A program made the translations under genes and the position numbers. 64,000 nt of DNA from Dudresnaya verticillata (lineage: Eukaryota), in contig OZ374562.1 of assembly GCA_977862235.1 (NCBI GenBank), forward strand, positions 2,170,001 through 2,234,000, in the 5' to 3' direction. The notes beneath the pieces were generated by a model, which did no database searches, had not been told where the DNA came from, and was given only the letters and a program-made list of their open reading frames with translations. Positions within the stretch are counted from its first letter, which is position 1; every line of letters starts with the position of its first letter. Positions 13,101 to 25,540 of the stretch are shown piece by piece.

Positions 13101-16043
13101 ACCCGGCGGCGCGCGCAAACACAACTGCACGCGGCGAACGGAACGGCTCCATGCCGCAGTGCGCCCGTGGCGCGATCCGTATGTAGCACGGCGCGCCGGA
13201 CAGCAAGGCGTTCGACCGCCGCTTAAATTAGATTCCTGCTAAACTCGCAAAAATAAACGTAGAAACACACAAGTGTTAGTATTACACGCGTACGCGTGAG
13301 CTCCGCAGCGCACTCGCTAACAGCTCCAGCCGGGCTTCCACGCCACCGGGTGATAGCGTGGCATAGCGGGGTACCGCTGGTCTTACATCTATTCCACAGT
13401 TCGCACTAGCAAAAGGGGTACAAGTCGGAGACAGTCTTGCCGACGTTTACTTGATCGCCCTCGGTGGGTTACCTACCTATCGCTGCGAATGGTGCAAAAT
13501 GTGGGTCAGAGACTCCATTAAGAACATGCGGGAAGTGGGGACACGTGTCACTCCCGCGTGCGCATAAAAAACTGGGCCGCGCTGCAGACGCATAGCCGTC
13601 AGACCTAATTACCTCCCCACGCACCAGCGCGTGCGCGTAGTATTGAATTGACGTCCTCTTCAACACGGCTCCAATACGGTGCGGGCACATTAAATAAGAC
13701 AGACAGGTGGTACAAGTGCCGCACCTGAGCCAATCCTGATCGGCGGATCGCGCTCCGGTAGGATAGCAGCGCATGGCCCCGTTGGTTAAGTATCAGACAA
13801 TGCCCCGTGGACCACGTGTCCACGGGTCGGACCCGCGACGGTTTTGTCGACGCGGCCATGCGGGGACTGTATGCTGGTCTTCGTCGCCGATTGGGGCCGA
13901 GGGAGCGGCATTTTCGAGTCCATGGTCAAAAACGGAGAGTCATAACGCCCCGGGTCCTGGCCCGTTGTAGACGGTATAACAGCACCCATGGTGACTGTGC
14001 AGCCATATGGAAGCACATCACACCTCCTAAATACGAGGCCGTCCGCCTGCCTGTTCGCCCTTCGTGTGGCCTGTCGTGTGCCACCTTCACCTCTCCCTCC
14101 CCTTGCGCAATTTCTGATCCGACCATCTTGCGCAGTTACTGACGTCCTCCGAAGTTACGGGACGCCTCTTCGCTCTCGATAATCGTGTTTCATCCGGCTG
14201 GCGACTGCTTTCCGCGTCTGGGTAGCCGCAAACTCGTCGCGAAAGAAAGCAGCAGTGCCCCGTCTCAGTCTTTCAAACCAAGACCCCAGCATCAATGCTC
14301 TCATAGGCGCTTTAGCTGCTGGGTATTCCAGACCTCCTGGCTTCGCGGATCAACATCTATGGATCGATCGCCGAGGGCTTCAAGGCGGGGACAGAATCGT
14401 CAGAGACGTGAGAGCTGCCCATTCGTATTACGGAGTGTTCAAGCATCTTTGGGAACATGAAGTGAGGCTTGTACCATCGTTGACGCGATGCCTTGAAACG
14501 ATGGTACAAGGATTGCTCTGACTTCATCGATATACCCATCCTTGCATGATTTTGTCAGAAAGAACCCTCACGACCACGGACATTTGATTTGTTGGCACGA
14601 GCGCCTTAGTTTGATCTAGAGGAGCTTTTGAAAGAGGAGCTTATCGCCAACCACGTCATCAGCAGTATGCTCCCGGGGGAGCTCACCCTTCCAGTGACCT
14701 ATTCTGTCTAGTGGAAGACACACTGTGTAGTTGCCAAGACCTGGATGCGTGTGTCAGTTGTTCAAAAATGCGCAGCCGCGCTTCGTCTCCGACGTGTATG
14801 GGCCGCCCGCACTTTCCCAGGAACGGACCTGGTTCCACTTTTGTTGGAGGTGAAGCACGCTCACATTCGCGCCACGCAGCCCTCGGTGTGAGCGGAACGC
14901 GGGGTCGTCTGTGGTGCAACAGCAAGGGGCCAGTTAAACGGATCTTTCCAGCCGTGGGAGAAACGAGCCGAGAGGAAAAGACACTTGGCTGTATAGCTAC
15001 AGAACCGATGCGCGGACCACGTTGAGCGCATTGATGGTCACCACGCGTCCATCGAGTGTATAGATATTTAACGCGTGGCCACCAACGACACCGAGGCGCA
15101 GCACTCGGCATGATGAGCATGTGTGATACAGTTCATGGCACGCCGCAAACTTGGGAATGGATTTCCGCCCTAAACAAAGTCACAAGAAGGACAGTGTAAA
15201 GAAAGGGAAAATCTAAATAGTACGGCAAATAGCTGCCGAACAAGTACTCGATTTAGTCTGATGGGGCAAGGAAATTGGCCCAAAGCAAGAATATGAGTAG
15301 GTATTATGGCCGCTGTGGAGTAACCTCGAGCACCAACTGTAGAGGAGCTCTAGATTAGCTCAGGGCCGATCTTTCCTATTTGGCGGACCCCTCGTCACGG
15401 CTGGACCAGAATAGGTTCGAAGCCGTCCAGCCAGAGGTTAGGAGCAAACTTATCAACCACACACGACTTGGCCAGCACTGGACGTATCATTAGTTGTTGG
15501 GCACGTGTTAGTCTGCTGGCACCCGTGCTACCACGCCTGCTACCAGCGCGCAGGTCCGTTATACGTTCGGACTGTTATGAAGAAATCCGATCAATCTTTT
15601 GAGGTCATCTCCGGGTCTCGATTCCGATTTTGTTTTCCGCTCGTCCTTCGAAATACTACAATAATCCGTGCGATGCTCGACCTCATCGATCTGGATGTAC
15701 TCACCTTCGGAAGGTATCGGCGCCATCAAGTAATTCGGAAGGACTGGATGTCACCTGACGGCATCGAACTCGACCCAGTCACCCCGGCCGTACGCATGTT
15801 TCAGCTGGCCAGTGTTCTCAGGCAATTACATGCAGTGCTCCCTCGATTAGCAGTTGCCTTCTTGAAGGAATAGTTTGATCTCAGAAACTCCAAACGGACC
15901 CACACAACGTTACCCGTCAACGGGCCGTGCTTTCCACGTTTCCTCTCTTTCTCAATGTAGGGAAGAACATTGATACACGGTCAAACCAGAACTCTTAGTT
16001 TTAGTTAACACTTATATCATTCTATTTTTATTCAATAAATTAC

Positions 16044-16145
16044 TGAACGGTTATGTGTATGCAATGACACTGTGTGTCACTGTGTTACTGGACGGTCATG
16101 TGTATGATGTGACACACAGTGTCATTGCATACACATAACCGTTCA
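16044..16145. repeat. Perfect 37-bp inverted repeat with 28-nt spacer
   Basis: 16044-16080 is the exact reverse complement of 16109-16145. Confidence 0.95.
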
Positions 16146-16275
16146 CTAACAAGGTACAGTACTTGAGATTTCAAACGAACTTGGCAGAGACCCCACCGTG
16201 GAAGACCCATCAGCGAGACCCTTGGGACTGTTCCCACTCTCGTCTTATCGGGCTCGCCTACTCCCGAAATCCACC

Positions 16276-16670
16276 ATGACCAGGAACGCCTTGAGAAATC
16301 GTCAAACACTGGCCATCCAGAACGAGATTAAAAGACGCAACAGCTCCTCTCAATCGATTCAACTACAGCAAATTGTAGAGTGCGCCCAGCAGGAGCTACA
16401 CCTCTCCTGCCAACTCTCTGATCCGGTTCTTTCCCGTATCTCAAAGATGTATCTGATTAGTGTGGCTCCTGCAAACCGAAAGCGGAACAAGAAAGGCTCA
16501 CAGCCTGTACTGGAACAGAACCTCGTTCTCTGGATCAATTCAAAAAACATCTCTGGGATATATGTCACTGGGGCAGTAATCCGGGAGAAAGAAAAGCGCC
16601 TTCTCTGAGAAGAACACTGATTTCGGCCGGTTCAGAATCTACTTTTTCAAACAGAATGGAAAGCGTACCC
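16276..16670 (+). pseudogene. pogo/Tigger-family transposase remnant (CENP-B/Tc5 helix-turn-helix region only)
   Basis: RKRNKKGSQPVLEQNLVLWINSKNISGIYVTGAVIREKEKRL resembles the HTH_Tnp_Tc5 domain. Stop at 16608. No DDE domain follows. Confidence 0.65.
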
Positions 16671-17659
16671 ACTTTCTTATTTCCATTCGCAAGGGGAGGG
16701 CGAGCTAAGAACATTGGTGCAATCCGTGTGCTCTCAAGTCAAGCCGTTCCAAAGTTATGGCCATCCGCACACCCATTATATGACCCCTGAAAAGTTTCGA
16801 ATTACCCCCGAAACGTTCCGAAAATATTTTCCAGAAATTTCTGCACGCCGCCCCGCGCCCCGCGGGGCCGGAAAGACTTGCCCAGAAATGGTATCGGCGC
16901 CCCGCCAGGCCGCCGCGCAAGTGCCCCATGCCAGACTGCGTGCGCAGCGCTGTATTTTCTCACCCCACAGGCGCGTGCGCATATTGCATGGGGCCCCGTC
17001 AGGCTGCCGGGCTCATTCTACAAGTCACAGTTCGCGCGCGCGTAGGCACGCACAGCGCTGTGCCCTCTCAGCCCCACCGCCGCATGATGCATACCACCCA
17101 TCCGCGTCGCCCTGCACACCCTCCACCCCACGTACCGTACCGTACACTGTGCCACCTCCCCACCTCGCTCGCGCCCGCGACGTCGACACGGAGTGCGACG
17201 GTGTTAGGGACAGCTGGGGAACGGGCACGCTTCGCATCGATGGAGATGACATGTCGCTGCAGCATCTGTGGGGGTAAAGCATTGCCACGCATCGTTGGTA
17301 GGTATGTCACTCTCTGATGTCTCATTTACTTAGTCTATTAGCGTGCCTGTTCACAAATATGCAATATCCTGCACCTACGTTTCCAATAGTGTAACACAAG
17401 TCGTGCTAGGCGTTAACGGCACTTGCAGCGGCACATAACTTTGTCCGCTGCTGAACCCAGCGACGGTGTTGGATGTCGCGCGAAGAGCTGCGAACTGCAG
17501 CATGGCGAAGGTGGCACTGAATGTAAGGGAGGTCACCGGCATGAACGCCATCTTGGACGACGGAACATGAGCTTGAGCTTCAAGAGGGCGTATTAATTGC
17601 GTTTCGGTACTGACCACAGAGCACACAGGCTGCGCAGACGGGACTGCTTCGCATCGTTG

Positions 17660-20310
17660 TGCACGAAGCATGTTATCCACCTCGTCCTTCACCAGCTGGC
17701 GCATGGCAGGGCCCTGTCGATATGGCATGGAGCGTATGGGGCGAGTGCCCCGTTCCACGTCGATGTGGTGTCTGATGGCGGCAATAGTGCCCAGCCTCCC
17801 CACATGGACTGATGCTTCCCTAGCATGGAGAGGACTTCCTTGCGGGTGACCGCGTCTTCGATAGACGCCGTCGTTGAGAGGTAGACCTGCGCCTCCCAGT
17901 CCTCGACGGACGGGTTGGCCCTCGCTGCGGCGGTAGTTGCGCCTTGTAGCGGCAGGGCGTTGATGCCCATCGCCTTCGATGTCGAGGTGGATGGTTCGAA
18001 GCCATCCTTGGTGACCGCGGGCGTCTGCCCCCGTCGTGGTAGGGTGGTGATATTCATCACCCGCCCGAACTCCTCCGCGACTTTGCGGTCTGGCGTTATC
18101 AGCGCAACCGGGTTCCGAACCGCGTAGCCGAAAACGGTACCCTTAGGCAGGGTCCGAGGTTTTGTCGGTGAAGTTCTCGACGATGACCCCGAAGGGTCGC
18201 ATCGACCCGATGTCGTGCACCCCTTTGGTAAGTCTCACACCGTGGCGGAACTGCACCGAGGGTTTGGGTTCGGTGTGGATCAGCCCACGTGCTCCCGTCG
18301 TCACGGAGACGAGCCTTTGGGAATAGGCTGGGGGCACCATCTGCCGAGAGAGGCGGATGGTGTGGGTGTCGTGATCCCAGTCGAGGAGCCCCTCTGGTGC
18401 TTCCTCGACAACCCCGTCGACTGGTTCTTAGGCTTCCTTTCCTCGGCAGTCTTACGGCTTTTGAGGTCTTATCAGCCCCGGCAATGCGAGGAGTCGACTC
18501 CATCGCCGCCGCGTGCTGATCTCATCCGGGTGGCAGCGCCTGCTTCGCGATGAGATTGTACCCGGAGCCGGTGTCCACCGCAATGATGTGGGGTATCATT
18601 ACCCCTGGGTCAGCGCCTAGCGACCCAGACACGTGGTATATCTCCGAGGACAATAGGCACACATACCCGTCTTGGGAAGTGGCCGGCTCCGCGTCGACAC
18701 AGTGAGCCATGGCACCTTCGCGTATATCAGAGGGTGCCTCGAGTTCCGTCGACGGACACCCACGCGCCCGGCGATGTGCCTGTCGCTTGCGTCGACGACG
18801 CGGGGGCCAAGGTGGCCTGGAGCGCGTGGCCTCGGCTCTTCGCGTAAGGGGCCCTCAGCACTGCTTGGCGAGGGGGTCCTTCGTTGGTTGGGACTCGACG
18901 TCCCACCTGCCGTCGACGGCTTTGCGGAGGGTGGTGGATCTGCGGTAGAGAGAGACGGTGCGCTCGACCGCACGAACGGCGCCGCCTCTATTCTTTTTCC
19001 GATTCGACCCGGTCAAAAGTATTTTCGGAATCCGAACTATCTTCCTAGGATCCCATTTGCTGGTTAGACACGCAGCCTGCGCCTCGCGGCGATCGCGGCG
19101 GCGTGCCAAAAAGGAGCTGCGGCTGCTCGCCCTGCTCCCGGACGGAATCGCCCTTGATATGCGCGTCGAGCGCATATCGCGGGAGTCACTCGTCGGCTGC
19201 TAGACCGGTGTGCTCCTGCACGGCATCACTGCTCGGAGCAGCTCGCGCTGCGGGTCTAGCCTCAAGGGTGTCGACGCCCGAGGCTGACGACCGGCTCGGT
19301 CGTTAAACCCGACCCGCTTTTCGAGTGAGGAACCGCGGGACGTGTGCCCTTCGGTATTCGCGGCACAGATCTCAACGATCTCCGCGGTACCTTTGCGGCT
19401 GCTCACGATACTTTTGCGCGTCGAAGCGCTGCAGGGGACTTCTCGCATCGAAGCGTCGGTCCTCACCCCGCTGCGCGTCGAAGCGTCTTGCGGGGTAACT
19501 TGCCTTGGCGCCTGCAGGTATGCGCTCGTCGATGAGCTGATGCAAGTTGTTGCACGCGTGCGGCTACGTCTCCAGTCTATGATTGCAGGTCGCGCAGTAC
19601 AACTGCTGTTCCTTAGTTAGGAACGGGAACGAGTACATTATGTGCCGGAGTTCTCGGCAGAACCAGCAGATGTACCACCCCTGTCGATCAAGGGTGACAG
19701 TACGGGCCATTGCCTCTTGTGCCGATGTGACCGGAGGGATCCTCTTCTGCAGGACTGCGTCGATGCATCCTGATATGTCGAGGGTCTCCTCGGCTTGCAC
19801 CGACCCGGCTGTCGACAGCGCGGGCACGAACATGATGGGTTCGAAACCATCGTCATCGGGCGCCACCAACATCGTGCCGTCGAAAGCCGCTTCCTTATCG
19901 GGGGGATGTGGAACCTCGATAAGCAGCATGCGGCCGCTTGCCGAACTGCTCCCCTACCGCGCCCCGAAGCGATAGCCGGCGTCGACGCCTTGGCCATGCG
20001 GGCGCGCTAGGTTGTGCCCTCACTGCGGGCGATCCGACGAACGGTACTGAAGTTGGTCTGTTCGACCATCGGCATCTGCCTTACCTTCTCCGCCACTGCG
20101 GTCGGGTGGTCGGAAGCAGATCACGCAGGAACTGGTGCGTCAGGTTCTCGTCTGAGTAGACGCCGGCACAGGCATCTGCGTAGACCTCTAGACGAGAGGC
20201 GAACTCGAGTTCTCACTCGGCGTCCCACTGCCGGGCGGTGGTCAGTCGGTCGTACGCGTTGGCGATCACGTCGTCGTTGACGAACCTCTCGATGAGGGTA
20301 TTGACCACCG
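17660..20310 (-). mobile_element. Ty3/gypsy retrotransposon fragment: gag, zinc knuckle, aspartic protease and start of RT, all decayed
   Basis: Gag-like LIERFVNDDVIANAYDRLTTARQ near 20300; knuckle CWFCRELRHIMYSF (last Cys lost); protease AVDTGSGYNLI; RT start HHIDVERGTRPIRSMPYRQGPAMRQLVKDEVDNML, then truncated. Confidence 0.85.
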
Positions 20311-20874
20311 GTCGGGAAAATACGCGCAGTACTTACAGAGAGAGGCGTAATTATCGTGGCATGAAAATGGATAACTGTTTTGTTGGTTGTGTGTTTGTGT
20401 GTCTCTCTGTCCGTCCATCTAGCGGTCGCGGCGCGCGCGACCGGCTTATATAGGACTCTTCAGCATACCATAGCTATCCTATTGTTAACAACTCCTATTA
20501 TCAGCTGTATTGACAGTGAAAATCAGCTATATTGACAGTGACAAACGCCCATTCTAAAACGATTGGTACACTACTACGATTAATGTGGCTGCATTCTCAT
20601 ACTAAACGGCGAAGTAATAATCGCGGTTCGGACCGAGATAGGACCCAACATCCAACGCACCTTGTACCCAAACTCGTCAAATCCGGTACAATAAAACTGA
20701 TTCGGTAGAGTTGTAACGATACAATAAGATCGGCACTGCTATACTATACTTTACTGTACACCAACTCATTCCAGACCGGGCTCACATCGGAACCGTACTG
20801 TACACTAACAACGGGTTTGCAGCTCCTAGCCTGCAGTCGCCGCCTCCTCGGGATTAGGCCTGCATCCCTCAGAC

Positions 20875-21414
20875 AGTTCGAGATGGTCGACTTGTCGACC
20901 GCATGCCCAAATAACCGAATCATTTCCATCATCTGTTTAGATGACATAATACTGCCGGTATTACACTTCACAATTCAGTGCCCGAAGCTGCTGCTCCCTT
21001 GTGCGCACTGCAATGCACGGCCTTGCACATTTCAATACCCTAACGAAGGTATCTCGCTTTGTCCTTGCTTTTCTGAAACAGCACACGCTATGGTAGCGCT
21101 GATAGCACTAGGTTATGTACAGTTGGCTGAAAAACACTCTATTCTAACCACTCTCATACCCAACGCCCTGACTTACAAGAGAGACGCCAGGTGTGTTTGG
21201 TTTTACATTGCCGTAGAAACAGCTAAGTGTCATGTTACATTCTAGGAGTTCGAGATGATCGCCTTTTGTCGACCAAATGCTCAAATAACCTAATTATTTC
21301 CGTCATCTGTTTAGATTACGTATTCCCGGCGGTATCGCACTGCACATTTCAGTATCGGAAGCTTGCTATCCCTTGTGCGCACTACAATGTAGCGCCTCAC
21401 AAGTTCAAATACCT
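20875..21414. repeat. Diverged ~170-bp direct repeat (about 20875-21042 and 21247-21414)
   Basis: Shared blocks GTTCGAGATG, TTGTCGACC, CAAATAACC, TCATCTGTTTAGAT, CCCTTGTGCGCACT. Confidence 0.75.
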
Positions 21415-22036
21415 GTAGAATACCGTAAATAGGGTAACTTGCACTCGAAAATAGCCTGCACTATTCTAGCATTTCGTTGCTCAATATCACTATATTCAAA
21501 CCACTATGAGACAGGCCAACCTGACATTGTGGCCACAGACATAAACATTTTCCGATACATATTACCGCATGCTCGTCAACTTGAAACCAATCTTTTACTT
21601 AAAGAACGTTTGACAATGAAATTATTCCGTTGCTTCTCAATTTCATGTCACCGATTCTGATGTGTGCATGATGTGATGATAAGTTGAAGTCGGCACAGCA
21701 TCTGCATGTTTGCACCTGAGCCCTCATTTGCCAATATGTCAATGTCCATGTACATACATGTACATGTGTCTGCAGACAAATACATGCACCAGATGCGTAT
21801 GCGAGATATTGCGCATACTACATGCATACTGCAGTATTTGTTGACTCAGTGCTATTGGCGTTGAGCACCATCTGAGGATAAATGCTTCTTTTGTCATTCA
21901 GTTCTATATTTCAATTAAGCGCGAGTGATTACGGCTCATATCATCGACACCCAAGCAGTCATGACCTATTCCTGAGACGCATAGGCGAAACTGACCGCTT
22001 TTTCCGTCATTTCATGATATGGCCCTTTCACGCCGA

Positions 22037-25000
22037 TCATGTTTTATTGCTCTGGGATGCCATGAGTTTCTCCACTAGAGAATTGAGTTCTTCTGTCTTC
22101 CTTGTGAGAGCATCAACCTTCTCTGCAGATGCCAGGACAGTATGCCTAGTTCTTGGCCTCGTACTACCTGTACCGTTCTTGGAAGCCTTTCGAGATTTCT
22201 TCGGCTGTGACGCGGGAACGAGTTCATCATCGATCACTTTTACATCGTCAAAGTTCCTTTTCCTTGCTTTTGCTTGAGATCTCTTCCAGTCCGGTTCCGA
22301 AAAGTACTGTATCCCTTGAGTTGGAGCAAAAGCCGCTATGTTTCTGGCACCCCCATCATCCATTAATTTTAACTCATTCACTGCCTCTACCGGGTCCAGA
22401 CCTCGACGATTGGTCTGAAGATAGCTGGGTAAGCCTTTGATCCGAGCATTCATGGCCTCGTTGGGATTTGTGTCCCAAAAGACAGAGCTTGATAGCTCTG
22501 CAGGGTTCTTATTTGAGTAGTACCGGTGAAACCAAAGGAACAAAGCAACTTTGTTGTTCATCAGCCATTGTGCGAAAGACTCCCACTTGCCACCCATCCC
22601 AGTCATGGCACGCAATGCCTCATCCTCTTCGGCCGGTTCTAAGATATTCCTCGTTCCCACTGCCCAACTGAAAAGAGATCGGTCTTGAGAAATGTCGCAC
22701 TTCTCCATTACTAACCGCTTTGCGTACACATCGCATCCGAAGCAAACGGCTTGAACATATTCCATGTCCGAACCTGACCGAAATTCTTCTGACAATGCAC
22801 GCCCTAACGCAAATCCATAAGTCGTTTCAAAGTCTGTCGCCATGGTCATTCGCTTACCAATCGGAGCCGAGAGAGGGTCCTTCAAGCCCAAAAGAACGAG
22901 CCTCGAACCCAGTTCTTTGAACAAAATCTTCCTTGCCGCCACCGTCTTTCTGGAGCAAAGCTGCCTCATGACTCCGAATACCTTTCCAGTCTTATCATCC
23001 TTGGCGACAATCGTGTTGAGCTCGAAATTCAGATATTGATCGTAAGAACTGACGATACCAAAGGTTCCATCACATCCCAACCGAGGCATCTTAACAGCAG
23101 TTTTCAGTAGCTCCTCGTTTGCCATGAGAATGGAAACCCCTTCCTGATCACGCACTTGTCTCCGTTCGTCTTTTAATCTATGATCAGCGATTGAAATGAC
23201 GTAAATGTTTCCATCATTTCCACATCTTGTCCGATAAATTGCAATCAGCGCTTGAAGCGAGCGCCTAAATGGATAAATCTCTCTACAAAACTGATTTCGT
23301 AGCTTCTGTATTGTATTGAGATGAGCTTTTAGCTTGAATATTTCTTCAACACTGATTGCAAGAGCCCGACCTGTCATCGTTGGATTTTGTGAACATCGCA
23401 ACAAAGTGTTTGATCAATCTCGGAGAAGGGGTTGCTTTCGGCCATGTATGTAGATGCATCCCAATTCCGACAACAAGAACCCATGACAAGCTCCCATCCT
23501 CACTACTGTGGAACAGGTAATGGTATTCAGCAGCACACTTCAGCCTAATGACTTTAGGAGATTTTTGGTCTTGGATTGGACTAGGGCAGAATTTGCCAGG
23601 GTACCTTGCCTTCAAAGGTGGACACCTCCCTCTTGACTGTTTAGATACCGGAAAGATACCATTCTCTGCGTCTCTTCGGAGCATATCGACGAGATCAGGG
23701 TCCGCACCCTGCAGTCGGGGAGGAAGCTTTACCAGCGTACAAGTCGCACCGCCTTCGGCGGGGGCGGCGCTTCACGCCGCTAGACCCCGCGCCTTCGGCG
23801 CGGGACGGCACTGAGTGCTGGTATGATAATCCCCGCGCCGAAGGCAGGCGCGGGGTGTAACGCCGGTCGCGCGCACACAAAAGTAAAGGACCAAATTAAA
23901 AAATCAGGCGCACAGCAAAGGTGTCCGCTGTAAGGAGCACCATCCCGCCAATCAATGGTGAGCTTTGCTGCTGCTGCTGCTGCTGCTGATTTTTTTCATT
24001 GGCGGTGCGGCCGTGTATTTTAGATATAATTTCGGATGCGTAGAAACTATTGTGGCGCCAAGTGGATTTGCTGGCGCATCGATATAGAATTTTGTTTATT
24101 TTTCGAGACCTGGCCGAGCTAATACTACCCTTTGGGCGGTCATACCCCTACAAATTCTTACTATAAGGTAAACAAGGGCAACGACGCGCCGCTGCGCGCC
24201 GCTATGCGCCGTGCAGCCGCGCCGAAGGCGCGACCGAGTTTTGTATCCTCTGTGGCAGGATGGGATACTGTGGGATACCGGGGTAGGTTGGGGTCGCTTG
24301 ATAACGACAGGTGTCTTACAATTTCTTTGGAATGATATTTGTTTCCAAGCCGTGAGACAGGTGCGGTTTTAATCACATAAATTAAGAATGGAGGCGCACG
24401 GCGGGACTGTAAGATCGTATCGCTGTAGCGCGGCGGCGCGTCTGTCAATTTACTGTCAGAAAATCGGAGCGCACCAATGGGCGCGCGTTGATTTGGTACC
24501 GCGCGAAAATGCAGCCAATCGGGTGGCTCGGCTTGGCGGTGAGCCAATGGGGTTGCAGCTTTGCTGCTGCTGCTGCTGCTGCTGCTGAATTTTTCTATTG
24601 GGCATAAAAGGGTGATCTAGAAATATTTTTAGGCGTGCGTAGAAATAGGTTTGGCGGCAAGGGATGGCAATGGCGGGCGGATGTTAATTTCTACAAATGT
24701 TTTACGTGTACGAAGCCCTCGAGGGGCCTCGTACACTGACTAATCATTACTATGGGGTGAACACTTTCTTGAATCCACCACTGCTGGTCTGCCAAATCCA
24801 GCGCACCCAATGAAGTCTGCAGCTTTGAAGATGACCTACCAAGTTCATGACCAACGTTCTTTCCAACCTTGAACAACCAGTTGGGAACTCGGTTTTGTCG
24901 ATTATATGACATTTCTCGGGTTTGCAACTGATCGAAAAAGCCTTTGCGACTCTGTAAATGTTTGCAAGCCAATGGGAAGCTGTTTTGGGCGAAGAAGAAA

Positions 25001-25540
25001 ACTTGATGAGCAAGTTCCATCTCCATCTCTCCACAGATAGGATTGTCGCGGTCATCTGTGATGTCCTCTGCGTCATTATTCCAAATCCCACTGTGCGGAA
25101 AGCTGCAGCGCTCTTCAGTGTACTGACAACACCTGATTCCTGAGCGTATGAACGTCCGACGGGACACCTCAAATCTGTTTTCGCAAAGGATGACGGAAGA
25201 TTTCTGATCAACTTTCCCTCTGAGCGAATACGAAAAACCCTCAATGAAGCCTGGAATGTCGACGTCGTAGCCTTCTAGAGAGCAGAAAGTAGCAAAACCT
25301 CCTGGAAAAGCCGGGAAATATGCGGGAGGAGACGGTGCAACTACAACAGCTTCTGCATAAATGTTCTTCGAGATGCGATACTTCTTTTCGCTCTCTTCAA
25401 ACTGGAAGAGCTTTGATGCTATGAATTTGTCCACTGGAGATATGTTTCGACACGGTTGCGCCCCAATAATAGTACGTTGGATGCGTTGTTCAACAGAAGA
25501 GAAACTGTGAGTGATTGTTCTGTCGTCATCTTTGGAACCA
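22037..25540 (-). mobile_element. MULE/Mutator-like DDE transposase pseudogene, frameshifted and interrupted
   Basis: CDGTF (D1), TDFE (D2), CDVY (decayed CxxH), TNPNEAMN (E), and upstream FIGC...C...HLH zinc-ligand motifs. Split over ORFs 24691-25434, 23346-23684 and 22037-23404. TIRs not located. Confidence 0.75.
23695..24743 (+). mobile_element. Non-autonomous Helitron-like insertion
   Basis: Starts TC after A23694 and ends with a hairpin (GTGTACGAAGCCCTC/GAGGGGCCTCGTACAC) then CTAA before T24744. Removing it restores the frame FIGCAGFGRPAVVDSRKCSPHSNDLVDMLRR. Contains two related (GCT)n-bearing units. Confidence 0.7.

Noticed and set aside
13469..15873. Short ORFs of possible transposon or gene origin
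   Set aside because: No recognisable motif; cannot support a call.
20311..20760. 5' LTR of the gypsy fragment
   Set aside because: It joins directly to mid-gag sequence with no primer-binding site, so it is probably an unrelated LTR-like fragment; boundaries unsupported.
24388..24588. ORF ending in poly-Cys
   Set aside because: Translation of the (GCT)n microsatellite inside the Helitron-like insert.
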